A program made the translations under genes and the position numbers. Of a DNA stretch of 64,000 nt, positions 1 to 11,220 are shown piece by piece. The stretch is from Mobula hypostoma. Its lineage: Eukaryota. The DNA is taken from NCBI RefSeq assembly GCF_963921235.1, contig NC_086097.1, positions 124,188,001 through 124,252,000 on the forward strand, written 5' to 3'. Positions within the stretch are counted from its first letter, which is position 1. The number at the start of each line of letters is the position of its first letter. The notes beneath the pieces were generated by a model, which was given only the letters and a program-made list of their open reading frames with translations, made no database searches and was not told the DNA's origin.

Positions 1-126
1 TGTGCTGACAAGACCTGTCCTTGTTTGCATCTAGTAATCACAATGCTATTAGTTTCAAAATGTTCACCCACATAAACTGTCACCTGCACTGTCTCATCCC
101 CGATATCAGATCAAGTATCGCACTCT

Positions 127-2280
127 CCCCCTTGGTGGAACTTCTACATACTGATTAAGGAAACTTTCCTGAACAAACTCTATCCCATCTAGTCTTTTTA
201 CAGCATGTGGAAAGTTAAAATCACCCACCATAAGAACCTTGTGTGTTTCTTTCAACAGTCTGTAAACTCTCTACAAATTTATTCTTCAAAATCCCTCAGA
301 CTGTTGGGTGGTCTGTAATATAGCCCCATTAACGTAGTCATACCCTTCTTATTTCTCAGTTCCACCCATAATGCCTCACTAGACAACTCCTCCAGTCTGT
401 CCTGACTGAGCATTACCTTGATATTTTCCCTAACTAGTAACCCCAACCCTCCTCCTTTAGTCCCTCCTGTTTCATAGAAACATAGAAACATAGAAAATAG
501 GTGCAGGAGTAGGCCATTCGGCCCTTCGAGCCTGCACCGCCATTTATTATGATCATGGCTGATCATCCAACTCAGAACCCAGCCTTCCCTCCATACCCCC
601 TGACCCCTGTAGCCACAAGGGCCATATCTAACTTCCTTTTAAACATAGCTAATGAACTGGCCTCAACAGTTTGCTGTGGCAGAGAATTCCACAGATTCAC
701 CACTCTCTGTGTGAAGAAGTTTTTCCTAACCTCGGTCCTAAAAGGCTTCCCCTCTATCCTCAAACTGTGACCCCTCGTTCTAGACCTCCCCAACATCGGG
801 AACAATCTTCCTGCATCTAGCCTGTCCAATCCCTTTAGGATCTTATACGTTTCAATCAGATCCCCCCTCAATCTTCTAAATTCCAACGAGTACAAGCCCA
901 GTTCATCCAGTCTTTCTTCATATGAAAGACCTGCCATCCCAGGAATCAATCTGGTGAACCTTCTTTGTACTCCCTCTATGGCAAAGATGTCTTTCCTCAG
1001 ATTAGGGGACCAAAACTGCACACAATACTCCAGGTGTGGTCTCACCAAGGCCTTGTACAACTGCAGTAGTACCTCCCTGCTCCTGTACTCGAATCCTCTC
1101 GCTATAAATGCCAGCATACCGTTCGCCTTTTTCACCGCCTGCTGTACCTGCATGCCCACTTTCAATGACTGGTGTATAATGACACCCAGGTCTCGTTGCA
1201 CCTCCCCTTTTCCTAATCGGCCACCATTCAGATAATAATCTGTTTTCCTATTTTTGCCACCAAAGTGGATAACTTCACATTTATCCACATTAAATTGCAT
1301 CTGCCATGAGTTTGCCCACTCACCCAACCTATCCAAGTCACCCTGCATCCTCTTAGCATCCTCCTCACTGCTAACACTGCCACCCAGCTTCGTGTCATCC
1401 GCAAACTTGGAGATGCTGCATTTAATTCCCTCATCCAAGTCATTAATATATATTGTAAACAACTGGGGTCCCAGCACTGAGCCTTGCGGTACCCCACTAG
1501 TCACCGCCTGCCATTCTGAAAAGGTCCCGTTTATTCCCACTCTTTGCTTCCTGTCTGCTAACCAATTCTCCACCCACACCAATACCTTACCCCCAATACC
1601 GTGTGCTTTAAGTTTGCACACTAATCTCCTATGTGGGACCTTGTCAAAAGCCTTTTGAAAATCCAAATATACCACATCCACTGGTTCTCCCCTATCCACT
1701 CTACTAGTTACATCCTCAAAAAATTCTATGAGATTCGTCAGACATGATTTTCCTTTCACAAATCCATGCTGACTTTGTCCGATCATTTCACCGCTTTCCA
1801 AATGTGCTGTTATCACATCCTTGATAACTGACTCCAGCAGTTTCCCCACCACCGACGTTAGGCTAACCGGCCTATAATTCCCCGGTTTCTCTCTCCCTCC
1901 TTTTTTAAAAAGTGGGGTTACATTAGCCACCCTCCAATCCTCAGGAACTAGTCCAGAATCTAACGAGTTTTGAAAAATTATCACTAATGCATCCACTATT
2001 TCTTGGGCCACTTCCTTAAGCACTCTGGGATGCAGACCATCTGGCCCTGGGGATTTATCTGCCTTCAATCCCTTCAATTTACCTAACACCACTTCCCTAC
2101 TAACATGTATTTCGCTCAGTTCCTCCATCTCACTGGACCCTCTGTCCCTTACTATTTCTGGAAGATTATTTATGTCCTCCTTATCGCATCTTGAACAACA
2201 GAACCCAGAAACATCGAGCTGTCACTCTTGTCCCTCCTGCAACCAAGTTTCACTAAAGGCTACAATATCATAATTCCAGT
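127..2280 (-). mobile_element. Old CR1 LINE fragment (AP endonuclease region), split by a younger CR1 at 473-2183
   Basis: Minus-strand peptide GGGLGLLVRENIKV...EALWVELRNKKGMTTLMGLYYRPPNS is typical of the CR1 APE domain; the sequence resumes at about 2184 (ttgaacaacagaacccagaaacatcgagctg...caaccaagtttcact). Confidence 0.75.
473..2183 (-). mobile_element. Young 5'-truncated CR1 LINE with uninterrupted RT ORF (572-2128)
   Basis: 518-aa ORF with KSPGPDG, QHGF, YLDFQKAFDKV, GVPQGSVLGP and FADD motifs; 3' tail of 8-bp tandem (TTTCTATG)n at 473-497. Confidence 0.95.
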
Positions 2281-2404
2281 GATGACGTTGCAGCTACAAC
2301 ACAATAACCAGATATGGAATTGATAGCCTCCGTCCTTAGATCACAAGTAAACAAGAGGTGAGCTTACGTCACAAACTGCTGCCACTGCCCACCTCCACTG
2401 GTAC

Positions 2405-2612
2405 AGGGCTGGGGCTACACCACTGTCTGTAGGGAGTTTGTACGTTCTCCCTGTGACCACAAGGGCTTCCTCCGGTGCTCTGCCTTCCTCCCACATCCCA
2501 GTCACCATAAGGATTCATAGGTTAATTAGTCACATGGCTGTGAATGGTCAGTGCTGGTTCATTGGGCCAGAAGGGCCTGTTACCATGTTGTATCTCGAAA
2601 TAGAAAATAAAC
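2405..2612 (+). mobile_element. V-SINE/HE1-like SINE fragment
   Basis: V-domain-like gagtttgtacgttctccctgtgacc...ttcctccggtgctctgccttcctcccacatcc, followed by a CR1-like 3' end (gggccagaagggcctgttacc) and an A-rich tail. Confidence 0.65.
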
Positions 2613-2940
2613 TCTGCTAGAGCAATTCCTGACTTTGACGCTACATAGTTTAAGCTGTACAATCATCCTAATTTGCTCATCAAATTACAGTGAGTAATTT
2701 GAGGAGAAAAGTCAGTTCTTATCCTCATCAGACTTTTAGAGTTATATTCCTGCCAGGAGTGCTAAAATAACTAAGGCAGTAACCCTGATAGATTTTCCTT
2801 TCTAACCCAGTCATTGACACCAGAAAGTTTTCTTTGTTCAGACAAAGGAACCCTGGCATTTTCCCAGTCTGTATGGCTGAGGTGCATAACCAAGTTAGCA
2901 GGAAGGAATAGGCAGTCATAACTACTTTTAAATTAGGTGT

Positions 2941-3225
2941 AGTCATAGAACACTACAGCACAGAAACAGGCCCTTTGGCCCATCTAGTCCATGCTGAAAT
3001 ATTGATCTGCTTAGTCCCATCGTCCTGCACCTAGACAATGGCCCTCCATCTCTCTCCCATCCACGTGCCTATCCAAATTTCTCTTAATTACTACAAGCAA
3101 ACCTGCATCTACCACTTCTGCTGGCAGCTCGTTCCATTTTCTCACCGCCTTGAGTGAAGTTACCCCTCATGTTCCCCTTAAACACTTCACCTTTCACCCT
3201 TAACCCATAATCTAACCTGTGCATT
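2941..3225 (-). mobile_element. Degenerate CR1 3' end
   Basis: catagaacactacagcacagaaacaggccctttggcccatc start; ttcacctttcacccttaaccc motif is shared with the 39977-40780 copy. Confidence 0.7.
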
Positions 3226-3419
3226 TACTATTTTAATTAAACCAAACTTTTGCACATTATAAGAATACTCAACGTTTGATTTTAATTGAATTTATTTTTA
3301 GATATGCTTCTTACAGTCACCCTGTTAGGCAAACCAGCTTGCAAACAAATGTATAAATACCAAACCAAGCATATGCAACATATTGTAACTGGCACTAGTG
3401 TTCTAAAGCTTAAAGAAAA

Positions 3420-4383
3420 TTTTAAAAGATTGCAACTTGTTTTTTATTCTTAAGGATAAAATTTCAATTATCAACATGGCAACATAAACCAAATACACAC
3501 TGTATAATGCACAAAACATACTTTCATATAAGAAATTGATTTTGCATTTAAGTGAAATTCAACAGTGCATCTTTTAGCCGAGATTGCCTTTGAGTTTTAT
3601 TAGTGTCTCGGTCCATCCAGGAGGAAAAGGCTATGGTCTTTACCTCTCTTTAATGCTTCAAAGCAATGTGCAAAATTCTGCACTGTGCTTTCAATCTGTA
3701 ACAAACTGCATTAGCAGCAATCATCCACTATGAATACTTCCTTTTTCAGAACAAGGAACCAGTTAAAATAGTTACGCAAAATAGTTTCTAAAGCCTGAGT
3801 ATTGTCTTTGGTAGGCTAATAAAGGGTTATATCTTAAGATCATTTATTCATTATTCACAATTTTCATCCATTTTGTTAGCATTCTTCTGTGGTATACTGT
3901 GGTCAAAGCATTTTTTTTTTGAGAAGTATAAACATATCCTCAAATAAAGCAGGTATTAAATGTATTTTCCAAAAGGCACCAGGAAACAGTGAAGGAGAAT
4001 GGGTCAGTCAATCTTCAATCATAGAATAGCCACAGTCAAGAACACAGTTTTTTGAACAACTGTCAACTGATTTCTGCTTGCATTTTGAGATGTCTCCAAG
4101 TTCAGCTACATATGCTTCACACGTCACCTTCTCGGCCAATGTTACTGTCTGATAGATGCAACTCTTCTCCCAACCTTTAGAAATTGAACTGGTTAGCTGG
4201 GAGCAGATCAGTAACAACACTTAACCCTAACACCTACACCTTTTGACCTTCAAAATCCATGATCTTGTTGATTAATAAGCACCAGTTTCAATCAGTTATT
4301 AGTTTTCTTTTATATTAATCAGCATATAACTGTTAGCAGAACTGATTAGTGCCATTTATGATACAAACTGCAGCAGTGAAAGA
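3420..4383 (-). other. RNF19A: RNF19A 3' UTR (approximate extent)
   Basis: About 1 kb of repeat-free, AU/U-rich (minus strand) sequence after the stop codon; repeats resume below about 3220. Confidence 0.6.
3443..3448 (-). promoter_or_regulatory. Candidate polyadenylation signal AATAAA for RNF19A
   Basis: Plus-strand tttatt at 3443-3448, at the end of the U-rich UTR. Alternative hexamers lie at 3291-3296, 3596-3601 and 3843-3848. Confidence 0.45.
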
Positions 4384-5038
4384 TTAAATTTCTGAATGAA
4401 TTGCACTAGTCTGTTGCTGATTATTATTGGTTACATTTTCTGTTTCCTCATTGGCATTATTGGACTCGGAAGTTACAGCACCATTCTCCTCTGCAATAAG
4501 GTTCAGCTGCAAGATTTCAGCACTTGGTCCATTTGCAACAGATGCCAGACCACCCTGTAATGGGCATGTCTCCAAACGATCATTCTCCACCTCAGGAAGG
4601 GGACTGACTGCTGAGAAACGACTATGATAATCACTTGAACCGTGGCTACAAGATGTTTTCATGCTCTCCATATCAGATCCGCTAAATTCTGAGAAATGGC
4701 TGGAGTGAGAGTCTGCTACAGATGGAATACTGTCGCTAAGTGATGGAGAATCAAATTCGCTCGAATTAGTGCTTCTTTGTTCTAATAACTGTGCATCCAT
4801 CTCTTCACGAGTTTCATTTATCTTCATACTGCCTCTTTTCTGTAATTTTCCTTTGCACTTTTTAGTTGTTGTTTCTTTAGACCATTTGGAGGCATTGCTT
4901 CGATTATCCAGGGGAGGGGCTGAAGTTAAAATGACTACATTGCGACTACTGTCATCCACACCACTGCTTCCACTGTTGTGCCTCAACTTTGCAGGCTTTG
5001 ACTCAATGTCAACTTGCACTTCCAGACTGTTTCCTTCC
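4384..5038 (-). CDS. RNF19A: RNF19A last coding exon (Ser-rich C-terminal tail)
   Basis: tttccatatag|G GAA GGA AAC: EGNSLEVQVDIESKPAKLRHNSGSS...SLSDSIPSVADSHSSHFSEFSGSDMESMKTSCSHGSSDYH...SAIHSEI*; TAA at 4384-4386. Confidence 0.95.
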
Positions 5039-5107
5039 CTATATGGAAATCAAGAAATACAGATTTAATGTTAGTGATATCTAAAAATATTCCAACAGAG
5101 CACATTA

Positions 5108-5547
5108 ATTAGAGAAAGGGTTAATGTATGAAGAGCATTTGATGGTTCTGGCCCTGTACTCGCTGGAGTTTACATGAATGAGGGGGGAATTCTCACTGAA
5201 TATCGAAAGGTCGAGATATAGAGTGGACGTGGAGAGGTCGTCACCTATGGTGGGGAAGTCTACAACCAAAGGGCACAGTCTCAGAACAGAAAGATGTCCT
5301 TTTAGAACAGAGACGAGGAAGTATTTCTTTAGCCAGAGGGTGGTGACTAGGTGGTATTCATTGCCACAGACAGCTGTGGAGGCCAAGTCATTGGGTATAT
5401 TTAAAGCAGAGTTTAATAGGTTCTTGATTAGTAAGGGTGTCAAAGGTTACAGGGTGAAGGCAGGAGAATGAGGATGAGAGGGAATGATGGAATGGCAGTA
5501 CAGATTCAATGGGGGAATGGCCTGATTCTGCTCCTTTGGTCTTATGG
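5108..5547 (+). mobile_element. Degenerate CR1 3' fragment
   Basis: Encodes ...GHSLRTERCPFRTETRKYFFSQRVVTRWYSLP..., homologous to the C-terminus of the young CR1. Confidence 0.85.
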
Positions 5548-6050
5548 AGAACTCTACACTCATGGTTAAATAGGAAGCAAGAGAACTGCAAGTATCCATT
5601 TGAAAGTTCATATGAAAAGCAAAATAATTACATGATGGCCCTGCAATCAGCAACATTCTGAACTCCCTGACGTGTACTGGCGTCTTCAATTTAATGTCAC
5701 TGATGGAAGATCTTTGAATTCTTTTGCTTTGTGACAAAGATATTAAAGGATAATTTGGTATGACCAATTAAAGCTTATCTTGCCAAGTACAATCCATATT
5801 CCATGAACTAAAAACAGCTGGTAACAGGAATGTAACAGTATATTAACATGCAGCCTTCAAAATAAGTAGTTCACATGCACTTTGAAAAACAGATCAACTG
5901 AATTGACTGATTTACAATAATGAATACTGCAAAGCATGATATTTTACAAGCTTAAAAACCAGTCCTCTAACAGGCCACTTAAAAACGCTTCAGATAATTA
6001 GGACAATCAGAAATAACATGGATATCCCCACTGAATTTGGTTCTTTCAAT

Positions 6051-6189
6051 AAAACAGAAGAGATTCTGCAGATGCTGGAAATCCAGAGCAACAATACACA
6101 AAATACTGAAGGAACTCAACTGGTCAGGCAGCGTCTATGGAGGGGAACAAATAGTTGACGTTTCAGGCCGAGATACTTCATCAGGACTT
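6051..6189 (-). mobile_element. Penelope-like terminal-repeat fragment with hammerhead-like core
   Basis: agattctgcagatgctggaaatcc...gcagcgtctatgg...; minus strand 6188-6153 reads agtc CTGATGA agtatctcggcct GAAAC GTC aact. Confidence 0.65.
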
Positions 6190-6365
6190 ACTCTGTTAAT
6201 GTTTTTAGGCAAACCAGAAATGTTCCTCCCCTTTGGATATTTACAAGAAGGACTTCACTATTATAGATGTTCAAAAACTTTCTATACTTGACATAACTGC
6301 AGGGCTCAATTTAATACCAGCAAGCCCACAGAAATATGCTTTCCTTTACAGTTACAAATTGAATA

Positions 6366-6662
6366 TCATAAGACCATTAGATAGAGCCATTCCATCATGG
6401 CTGATTTGTTATCCCCCTCAACCTCATTCTCCTACCTTCTCACCATAAACTTTGGTGCCCTTATTAGTCAAGAACCTATCAAACTCCAGTTTAAATATAC
6501 CCAATGACTTAATCTACACAGCTGTCTGTGGCAATGAATTCCACAGATTGACCACTCTCTGGCAAAAGAAATTCCTTATCTTTGCTCTAAAGGGATGTCC
6601 TTGTATTCTGAGGTCGTGCCCTCTGGTCCTAGACTCCCCCACTAGAGGAAATATTGCCTCTA
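6366..6662 (-). mobile_element. Degenerate CR1 3' fragment
   Basis: Minus ORF FPLVGESRTRGHDLRIQGHPFRAKIRNFFCQRVVNLWNSLPQTAV. Confidence 0.85.
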
Positions 6663-7611
6663 AATCTATTGCATTTAAAATGTACCCCAGGTTATTTCTC
6701 ATAAGCCTTATTCAGAATGGAAAGATATTGTAGTTCCACATGGATAGTCAGACTACAACTTATTGCTATTAGACTGGTTCTGTATTTACCAAAAGTGTTA
6801 GAAATGCAGATATTTCCTCTCTGGAAAAGTATAAAGTTTCAAAAAAGAGTAGTGGTTCAACTATGAAACTGAAGCCAACATTAGCAGTGGGACAAAAATA
6901 TATCCAAAAATTAAAAGAAAAGGAGATTCCATACGAGAGAATTTTGAGTCTGGAGCTGCCCTGGTCAGGTCCCTTTGTGTGTCAATCCTATCACCCCAAA
7001 GTTACAAAAGCTGCTTTTTTCAGAGCATCACACACAAAATGCTGGTGGAACTCAGCAAGTCAGTTAGCATCTATCAGCAGATCCTGCCTGACCTGCTGAG
7101 TTCCTCCAGCAGTTTGTATGTTTGCTTTGAATTGCAACATCCGCAGAATCTCTTGTGTTTATGATTTCAGTTTCAAAGTATAGAACTTCATTTTGATGAG
7201 CCTTAACTTTTTTAAAAAAAAAATGACTAACATAATGGAAAGCGGCAAGGCCAGCAATTTAAGGATTATACTCAGAAGTATTTTATAAATGTCAGTACGT
7301 GCAAGACCACAGCTGGCTGTATCATTTGCAACTAGTCTGTGATGCAACTTCCACTGTTTTCACACTGTGGAAGGTTGAAACGCACATTTCACCTACATTT
7401 CTCAACTCAATATCAGCACTTTTGAACTAGCCACAAGGCTCACCAAGCCCACAGAGTAGAATTCAGCTGCCAAAATCCTGTACTGAAGTGACTGCTTTCA
7501 AAGTCAGAGTAAATTCATTATCAAATGACAATGACATATATGTCACTGTATACTATCCTGAGTTTCATTTTCTTGTGGACATTCACAAAGAAATAATAGA
7601 ATGAAAAACTA

Positions 7612-8161
7612 CACAGACCCCACTTGGAGTACTGTGCTCAGTTCTGGGCGCCTCACAACAGGAAGGATGTGGAAACCATAGAAAGGGTGCAGAGGAGATT
7701 TACAAGGATGTTGCCTGGATTGGGGAGCATGCCTTATGATAATAGGTTGAGTGAATTCGGCCTTTTTTCCTTGGTGCAGCAGAGGATGAGAGGTGACCTG
7801 ATAGAGGTGTATAAGATGATGAGAGGCATTGATTGTGTGGATAGTCAGAGGCTTTTTCCCAGGGCTGAAATGGCTACCACGAGAGGGCACAGTTTTAAGG
7901 TGCTTGGAAGCAGGTACAGAGGAGATGTCAGGGGTAAGTTTTTTTTTAAAAAACAGAGAGTGGTGAGTGTGGAATGGGCTGCCGTCAGCGGCGGTGGAGG
8001 CTGAAACAATCGGGTCTTTTAAGGGACTCCTGGATAGGTACATGGAACTTAGAAAAATAGAGGGCTGTGGGTAAGCCTAGGCAGTTCTAAGTAAGGACAT
8101 GTTCAGCACAGCTTTGTGGGCCGAAGGCCCTGTATTGTGCTGTAGGTTTTCTATGTTTCTA
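7612..8161 (+). mobile_element. CR1 3' fragment (second subfamily) inserted in an older LINE 3' remnant (about 7500-8270)
   Basis: EYCAQFWAPHNRKDVETIERVQRRFTRMLPG; tail ttttctatgtttcta; the same 3' end recurs at 25975-26130. Confidence 0.85.
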
Positions 8162-8535
8162 TAAACAAAAATGGACAAACAACCAATGTGCAAAAGACAA
8201 AACCTTTTGCATAATACATAATAAATAAATAATATTGAGAACATGAGTTGAAGAGTCCTTGAAAGTGTTTTGTAAAAGGTAAATAATTAGGTGCACAATA
8301 CATTAATTAGATCTGAGATTAAGAGGGACTCCTACAAATTCACATTCATTTCATTTCAGCATTAGTATTGTGAACAGTGAGACACTGTCAAAGAACTTCT
8401 GAAAGCAAATGGGAAATGGCTAATTTCTTTCTTTAAAGAGATTCTTTAAAAAATTTATTGTATTTTCCAGTCAATAATTTAAACATTTTAAATATCACAC
8501 CATGGCTTGTTAAGGATGTCAGTGAAGTAACAGAC

Positions 8536-8679
8536 CTGTCCTGTGGGTTGTAGGAATTGATAATCGATCCGGCCATGGCCCTCGTGCTGGCATTGTCACT
8601 GATTGTCCCAATACTGACCGTGCCTGACTCACCACTGAGACTATATTGCTCCTTCTGGATATCTGCCTGCACTTCTAAC
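8536..8679 (-). CDS. RNF19A: RNF19A coding exon 8
   Basis: atttattgtag|[55 protein letters not shown]; donor CAG|gtctgt; 144 nt. Confidence 0.93.
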
Positions 8680-8872
8680 CTACAATAAATTGGAATAACA
8701 ACACAAGTTAGAGGAGGGAAGAACAGTTTGCTTAGAACACATCTGTTACAAGATGACAGCTTCAAAATCATTTAGTATGAATGAAAACCGTATTTCAGTG
8801 GTCTTGAACTTTACATTTTTTTTTACCTTTATACATTTCCTAAAATGGAATAGTAACTTCAATTAGATATTA

Positions 8873-9350
8873 ATAGAACATAAAACATTACAGCATAATA
8901 CAGACCCTGCGGCCCATGATGTTACACTGACCTTTTAACCTACTGTAAGATCAATCTAACCCTTCCCTTCTACATAACCCTGCATTTTTAGCCATTTCTG
9001 CTCTGGCTATCAGCTCTATTTCTGCCTCTTATCATTTTGTACACCTCTATTAAGTCACCTCTCACCCTCCCTCACTCCAAGAGAAAAACCCTGGCTTGCT
9101 CAACCTATCCTCATAAGACATGCTCTTTAATCCAGGCAGAAACATCCTGGTAAGTCTCTCCTGCACCTTCTCTAAGGCTTCCATGATCTTCCTGTAATTA
9201 GGTTCCCAGAACCGAACACAATATTCCAAGTGTGGTCTAACTGGGGTTTCATAGAGTTGCAACATTACGCTGGTGCTCTTCTCCTCAATACCTCGACTAC
9301 TGAAGGACTACACACCATATTCCATCTTAATCACCCTATCCACTTGCGCA
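8873..9350 (-). mobile_element. Degenerate CR1 3' fragment
   Basis: LQLYETPVRPHLEYCVRFWEPNYRK... Confidence 0.8.
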
Positions 9351-9687
9351 GCATAGATCCCTCAAGTTGGACAAATAGGGGAATAGAGCAGCAGTAACTT
9401 TGTAAACTGCAGCTGTGAAGGTTATGCATGACAGAATTAATCAAAATTACACTTATTAAAGATAGTGTTGTCATCAATTTATTTTTAGTCTGCTCCCACA
9501 AAATGGTCAGAATATGAAACTATCACAATACATTGCTAAGATAGCTCAGAAGTTAGTATTTTTACTTTTCAAGTTATTTAACGGCATGTGATTTGACAGG
9601 AAGCATTGGATCAGACTACCATGGGATTCACACAAGTTGGTAACTAAGTGACCTGCCCCTGCACCATAGCATTCAGTGGTTCTAGAC

Positions 9688-10390
9688 CAGGTGTCCCCAA
9701 CCCTTTTTTGCACCGCGGACCGGTTGAATATTGACAATATTCTTGCGGACCAGCCGACTGGGGGTGGTTGTTCAAGTAGGGTTGCCAACTTTCTCACTCC
9801 CAAATAAGGGACAAAAGTAGCAGTCAAATACAGGACATTTGTGTTTATCCCGAGAAAGACTACCATGACCATGAAGCCTTGTGCGGGCACCTGTGTGCGC
9901 ATGCGTGATGTGCGCATACATGACGATTTTTTTCTACAAATCGGTTTTGCTTAATCTTCGATTTTGTTAAGTGAAACTACACTGTACATACATTATTTCT
10001 ACTTTATATAGGCTGTATATTTATCATATTATTCCTGCTTTTACTATATGTTAGTGTTATTTGAGGTTTTATGTGTTATTTGGTATGATTTGGTAGGTTA
10101 TTTTTTTGAGTCTGGGAACACTCAAAAATTTCTCCCATATCAGTCAGCTTATGAACGGTTTCATAGGAACACTACCTTAGCGGGGGAAATACGGGGCAAG
10201 GGCGGTCCCGTATGGGGCAAACCAATTTAGCCAATATGGGATGTCCTGGCTAATAGGGGACAGTTGGCAACCCTATGTTCAAGTTCAACAGTGGGCGTGA
10301 CAGGGAATGAGGAAAGGTGCAGCTGACTCATATCGTTTCCTATTGCCAACTCCTATCGTTTCCTTGTGGCCTGGTGGTTGGGGACCACTG
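9688..10390. mobile_element. Non-autonomous hAT (Charlie-type) DNA transposon, composite
   Basis: TIRs caggtgtccccaacc / ggttggggaccactg; perfect 8-bp TSD TTCTAGAC at 9680-9687 and 10391-10398, matching the Charlie NTCTAGAN preference. Confidence 0.9.
9777..10275. mobile_element. Second non-autonomous hAT element nested inside the first
   Basis: Perfect 14-bp TIRs tagggttgccaact / agttggcaacccta; 8-bp TSD TGTTCAAG at 9769-9776 and 10276-10283. Confidence 0.9.
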
Positions 10391-10469
10391 TTCTAGACAA
10401 CAGGTGGACTGATTTATTTGCATGTAGTCGTGTTCTCTTCCCTTCCATGTTGTTAACCCCATGTAAAGA

Positions 10470-10722
10470 AAGATTTGCTTTATTGGTCACACGTACATTG
10501 AAATATACAGTGAAACACATTGTTTCCATCACATCAGCTGGGATTGTACTAGGCTACGTTTCCCACGCCATCATAGCATGCCCACAACTCACTAACCCTA
10601 ATGTATACATCTTGTGGGAGGAAACTGGAGCACCCAAAGTCAACGCATACAAGCATCTTACAGACAGTGGTGGGAATCAAACCCCTGCTATAAAGTCATG
10701 TGCTATCCGCCACCCTCCCGAG
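10470..10722 (-). mobile_element. Degenerate V-SINE/HE1-like SINE
   Basis: tgtgggaggaaactggagcaccc...acagacagtggtgggaatcaaaccc is the reverse complement of the V-domain and tRNA B-box region. Confidence 0.55.
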
Positions 10723-10802
10723 CCACCTTTAAATGGCAAAAGTTTCCATTATTAAAAGACTTGCTTAAAAGAGCATATGGAAAAGAAACCTGGAAGGCTT
10801 AC

Positions 10803-11016
10803 CTATTGAAACAGTTAACCATCGCGCTCCCAGAAAGGCTCCCAGTGATACTCGCTCCAGCTAATGCCATGGTGCTCGCTGTTTCACTCAAGTTGTCTCG
10901 TATTACCCCGATTCTGTCCATGTGACTGCCACTTGCACTCAAACTGCCTGTTAAACCCCCGACACTTCCTTCTCCAATACTGGGGTTGTTGCGAGCTTCC
11001 ACCACAAACGTCGTAT
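10803..11016 (-). CDS. RNF19A: RNF19A coding exon 7
   Basis: tccacctag|AT ACG ACG: DTTFVVEARNNPSIGEGSVGGLTGSLSASGSHMDRIGVIRDNLSETASTMALAGASITGSLSGSAMVNCFNR; donor TAG|gtaagc; 214 nt. Confidence 0.95.
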
Positions 11017-11220
11017 CTAGGTGGACAAGCAGCAGCACGACACTTCACTTGTTAGCAATTATAACTCTGAACCGATGGAGCTTTATTTCTAACATACATT
11101 TCAGATGATGAAAACATGCCTACAACTTGGTGAGTGCACTTGTACCCTGCACTGGAAAATTAGAAGAACAACCTATGCAAAACAAGAATTGCAAATCTAA
11201 ATATAATGTAGTCAAAATTC

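Noticed and set aside
473..497. Short tandem (CATAGAAA)n as a CRISPR-like or regulatory array
   Set aside because: It is the ordinary CR1 3' microsatellite tail; there are no spacers and the context is eukaryotic.
279..566. 95-aa minus-strand ORF as a gene
   Set aside because: Chimeric frame running from the young CR1 3' UTR across the insertion junction into the old CR1 endonuclease fragment.
954..1658. Plus-strand ORFs (93 and 134 aa) repeated at 60706-61281 on the minus strand
   Set aside because: Antisense shadows of the CR1 RT frame; they recur only because the CR1 is duplicated.
4427..5068. Plus-strand ORFs overlapping the last RNF19A exon
   Set aside because: Antisense shadows of the coding exon with no independent support.
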